DNA of 10,330 nucleotides from a virus: UHGV virus genome UHGV-1624697; one strand, 5' to 3'. Shown piece by piece: positions 7,957 to 10,330 of this stretch (position 1 is its first letter; each line of letters starts with the position of its first letter). The notes under the pieces were generated by a model. It saw only the letters and a program-made list of their open reading frames with translations, ran no database searches and was not told where the DNA came from. The position numbers and the translations under genes were made by a program.

Positions 7957-8367
7957 GTGAAAGAGCTTAAGCTGATGCGGAAAGCGGGATTGCATACCGT
8001 CGACAGTGCGCCGCTGTTCCGGTGTGGCTATTTTGTGTATGCGTACGACATGGGGCAGTGGGTGGCTATGTGTCGGATACTCGGTGTCGATGACGCGGTG
8101 GATGAGGGGTGCTCGGGTGTGTGTCAGAAGTTTGTGCGCAATACGCAGCAGGTATATGCTATAGGCGTATTCAACGGAGGGCTGGACACGCTGGTACATG
8201 AGTGCGCCCATGCAGCATTTCACTTTTGCGACGATATCGGTATTACGGTTTCGCCGGACAGGGCGAATGAGACGTACTGCTACCTGCTTGACTGGCTGTT
8301 TGGTCAGGGTGTTATGGGTAATCGTGCCGCGTTCAGGCCATGCCTGGAAGAACCCGGAGGTGAGTAA
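7957..8367 (+). CDS. Small Cys/His-rich protein (136 aa) with an HExxH zincin-like motif (LVHECAHAAFHF); candidate minimal metallopeptidase or zinc-binding protein
   Basis: GTG 7957 with GGGGGTG 6 nt upstream (alternative ATG 7975); stop TAA 8365-8367. HECAH at 8197-8211 sits in hydrophobic helix-like context with a further His at 8221-8223; 9 Cys in 136 aa. Confidence 0.6.
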   Translation: MKELKLMRKAGLHTVDSAPLFRCGYFVYAYDMGQWVAMCRILGVDDAVDEGCSGVCQKFVRNTQQVYAIGVFNGGLDTLVHECAHAAFHFCDDIGITVSPDRANETYCYLLDWLFGQGVMGNRAAFRPCLEEPGGE

Positions 8368-9110
8368 TGTTTTTCATGCCTGTGGATTTATTTACGCCGT
8401 TTATTGAGGGGCGTGAGAAAGCGATCGACCGTAACTGGAACGACCTGAATCAGGCGAATCAGGTGGAGCGCGGCTGGCTGGATAATGACGCGAAGCAGTT
8501 ATCGAACTGGTTTAAACAGGACAGTTATCTGGACCAGTTGCAGCAGGTTAGAAATAAAACCGATGTCAGTAATATGAACCGTGACCTTATGGCACAGGCG
8601 CAACCTGGTGAACTGGCGAAGGCAGGATTTTCGTCGGACTACGCCATACAACTGGCTAATGCCGGGCGTCTACACGTACCAGAGTTAGTGGGTAGTCAGA
8701 TAACCGGGTGGCGGGGGAATGCTGCGGAAATCGCCGCAAAAGGTGCGGCGCAACAAGGATTCGCAGGTGACCTGTTTCGTAATCTGGCGCTCCTCAATGT
8801 ACAGAAAGCGAAAGATGCGAATACGTTGCAGCCATTAAAAATGACCGCAGAGAAGGCTACTCTGTCATCGCAGATTAATAATACATCGGGCACTGGTACA
8901 GGTACTGGTACTGGTACCGGGGCTACGCCGTCTGTAACGGGTGGTATCACAGGTATCAGTATTCCGGACAGGTCTACACAAGGGGGTACTGCTAATACTA
9001 CGTCGCCTGTATCACCCACACCTCCTGTGACTAACAGGCCCCCTGTGTCAGATTTATATCATAAGGCAATGAATACGCATTATGGCGCTTATGGGTCATG
9101 GGGTTGGTGA
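8367..9110 (+). CDS. Hypothetical virion protein (247 aa): hydrophilic N-terminal domain, (Thr-Gly)5 linker, Ser/Thr/Pro-rich segment and aromatic C-terminal tail (YGAYGSWGW)
   Basis: ATG 8367 overlaps the upstream stop (TAATG), with GGAGGTGA upstream; stop TGA 9108-9110. No predicted transmembrane segment by eye, so not holin-like. Confidence 0.75.
   Translation: MFFMPVDLFTPFIEGREKAIDRNWNDLNQANQVERGWLDNDAKQLSNWFKQDSYLDQLQQVRNKTDVSNMNRDLMAQAQPGELAKAGFSSDYAIQLANAGRLHVPELVGSQITGWRGNAAEIAAKGAAQQGFAGDLFRNLALLNVQKAKDANTLQPLKMTAEKATLSSQINNTSGTGTGTGTGTGATPSVTGGITGISIPDRSTQGGTANTTSPVSPTPPVTNRPPVSDLYHKAMNTHYGAYGSWGW
8889..8921 (+). repeat. Hexanucleotide microsatellite (ACTGGT-like, about 5 units) encoding G(TG)5
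   Basis: ggc act ggt aca ggt act ggt act ggt acc ggg read directly, in frame within the 8367-9110 CDS. Confidence 0.8.
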
Positions 9111-9111
9111 T

Positions 9112-9798
9112 ATGGATGATTTACATAATCCGATGGTCCGGGGCTTCTTTGACCTGTTAGCTAAGTCAGAAGGCACGGCAGGTAAAGGTGATAACGGGTA
9201 TAACGTCGCATTTGGCGGGGATACTACCGTTGGTTACGACACGCATCCGGGCCAGTATTACACCTTTACGCAGACGGACGGTAAGCAGAACAGAACGTCT
9301 GCCGCAGGGCGTTATCAGATAATTAAGCCGACATATGACAGTCTGGCGAAACGTCTGGGCGTGACTGACTTTTCTCCTGAGACACAGGACCGGATGGCGC
9401 TGGAACTGATACGGGAGAACGGCGCACTGGAGGATGTGAAACGTGGTGACTATGCCGCAGCAATAAATAAGCTGGGTGGCGTATGGGCCAGTCTGCCGTC
9501 CAGTACCGCGCCACAGCCGCGTCATTCTATGGTGGAATTACTGGGTAATCAGATGCCTGTTCAGCTTGTTAATCAGCGTGGCACACCGATGCTTGCCGCA
9601 CCGGAGAATGATTTTGAGCAGAATCATATGATGGGCTTCTTCGGAGCCGGGCATTCCCCTGCAATGCAGTCGTTGCTTACTAACGCACTGGCGAGGGTAA
9701 GTGAGGCGCGTAATGCGCTAGCCAGCGAGCGTCCATTTTTTGATGACTTGCCGATGGACCTTGATAACGACTTACTGGATTTAATCGACCGGGCATAA
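9112..9798 (+). CDS. Lytic transglycosylase, phage-lambda-R-like lysozyme domain (N-terminal ~150 aa) with a ~75-aa C-terminal extension; probably virion-associated
   Basis: ATG 9112 directly after the upstream stop (the track's 9082 start is an in-frame extension overlapping the previous gene). Motif blocks match lambda R as I recall it: FFDLLAKSEGT vs FLDMLAWSEGT (catalytic-Glu position, codon 9169-9171), GYNVAFGG vs GYDVIVGG, AGRYQII vs AGRYQLL, LGVTDFSPETQDRMALELIRENGAL vs LGLKDFSPKSQDAVALQQIKERGAL, VWASLPSS vs IWASLPGA. Stop TAA 9796-9798. Confidence 0.85.
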   Translation: MDDLHNPMVRGFFDLLAKSEGTAGKGDNGYNVAFGGDTTVGYDTHPGQYYTFTQTDGKQNRTSAAGRYQIIKPTYDSLAKRLGVTDFSPETQDRMALELIRENGALEDVKRGDYAAAINKLGGVWASLPSSTAPQPRHSMVELLGNQMPVQLVNQRGTPMLAAPENDFEQNHMMGFFGAGHSPAMQSLLTNALARVSEARNALASERPFFDDLPMDLDNDLLDLIDRA

Positions 9799-9802
9799 TG
9801 TT

Positions 9803-10330
9803 ATGGCGAACAATCAGAATGACCTGTTTAATCAATTCAATCCCATGACGACTACGGCGTCGAGTGACCTTTTTGCTGCACCGAAAGATACGACGAGAGA
9901 TATTTATCGGCAGCCATCCCGTTATGAATTGCAGCAACGTGCTGCCGCACAGAATGAAGCCGTATATAACGCAGCACTACGTGATTTTCAGGCGGTGATG
10001 GAAGCACCGGAGTGGCAGAATGCGTCGTTAGCGCGTCGGCAGGAAATCTACGATGATATCAAAGAGACGCAATATCAGAAGTTCCTTTCGCAGTATCAGG
10101 ATAACGAAGACTTATACTATAAGTTGCAGATGATTCCTGAGTTAACGCTTGGCGCGGATATCTCATCGTTAAAAAAGCAGATAGATGACGCCAATGAACT
10201 GGCGGATACATGGCGAGGTATGCAGACTTCCGCACACCAGGTGGCTACCGGGCTTGGTGACTCTGTTCCGATGGCCGCTATAAAGTGGCAGCGTGACCGA
10301 CTGGCTGGAAGAACGGACGCGTATGCACAA
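9803..10330 (+). CDS. 3'-truncated CDS (at least 176 aa), hypothetical protein, possibly the N-terminus of a large virion/internal protein
   Basis: ATG 9803 (alternative ATG 9845) opens a frame with no stop to the window end. It is absent from the ORF track because it has no in-window stop. Same strand and tight spacing as the operon. Confidence 0.55.
   Translation, partial: MANNQNDLFNQFNPMTTTASSDLFAAPKDTTRDIYRQPSRYELQQRAAAQNEAVYNAALRDFQAVMEAPEWQNASLARRQEIYDDIKETQYQKFLSQYQDNEDLYYKLQMIPELTLGADISSLKKQIDDANELADTWRGMQTSAHQVATGLGDSVPMAAIKWQRDRLAGRTDAYAQ

Noticed and set aside
8367-9798. Holin-endolysin lysis cassette interpretation
   Set aside because: The ORF upstream of the transglycosylase is hydrophilic with no transmembrane-like segment, and the one downstream begins hydrophilic too; no holin/spanin signature is visible.
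1-10330. Assignment to a specific phage family (tectivirus-like, T7-like or P22-like modules were considered)
   Set aside because: Gene sizes and order do not match the layouts I remember for those groups, and no protein except the lysozyme-like domain is recognisable; naming a lineage would be guesswork without a search.

Overview
The window is one co-directional block of about 14 tightly packed plus-strand ORFs with start/stop overlaps at most junctions. It reads like the late (virion/morphogenesis) operon of a dsDNA phage or prophage with enterobacterial-like codon usage; that assignment is inference from gene organisation and protein composition. Positions 1-30 are an Illumina Nextera adapter (Tn5 mosaic end), so the left edge is a library artefact and the first ORF is 5'-truncated. 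The only product I recognise by eye is a phage-lambda-R-like lytic transglycosylase domain at 9112-9798. It carries a C-terminal extension and has no holin-like neighbour, so it looks virion-associated rather than an endolysin. The most unusual content is: (i) two adjacent diverged paralogous genes (6164-6979 and 6994-7953), the first with a strongly acidic N-terminus; (ii) a small Cys/His-rich protein with an HExxH zincin-like motif (7957-8367); (iii) a small lysine-rich protein built from in-frame ~60-nt tandem repeats (664-879); (iv) an (ACTGGT)n repeat encoding a (Thr-Gly)5 linker (8889-8921). No rRNA, tRNA, CRISPR array or insertion sequence was seen. No terminase, portal or tape-measure candidate is recognisable in this window. 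No database search or structure prediction could be run, so every product call except the lysozyme-like domain is low confidence, and the phage lineage is unassigned.
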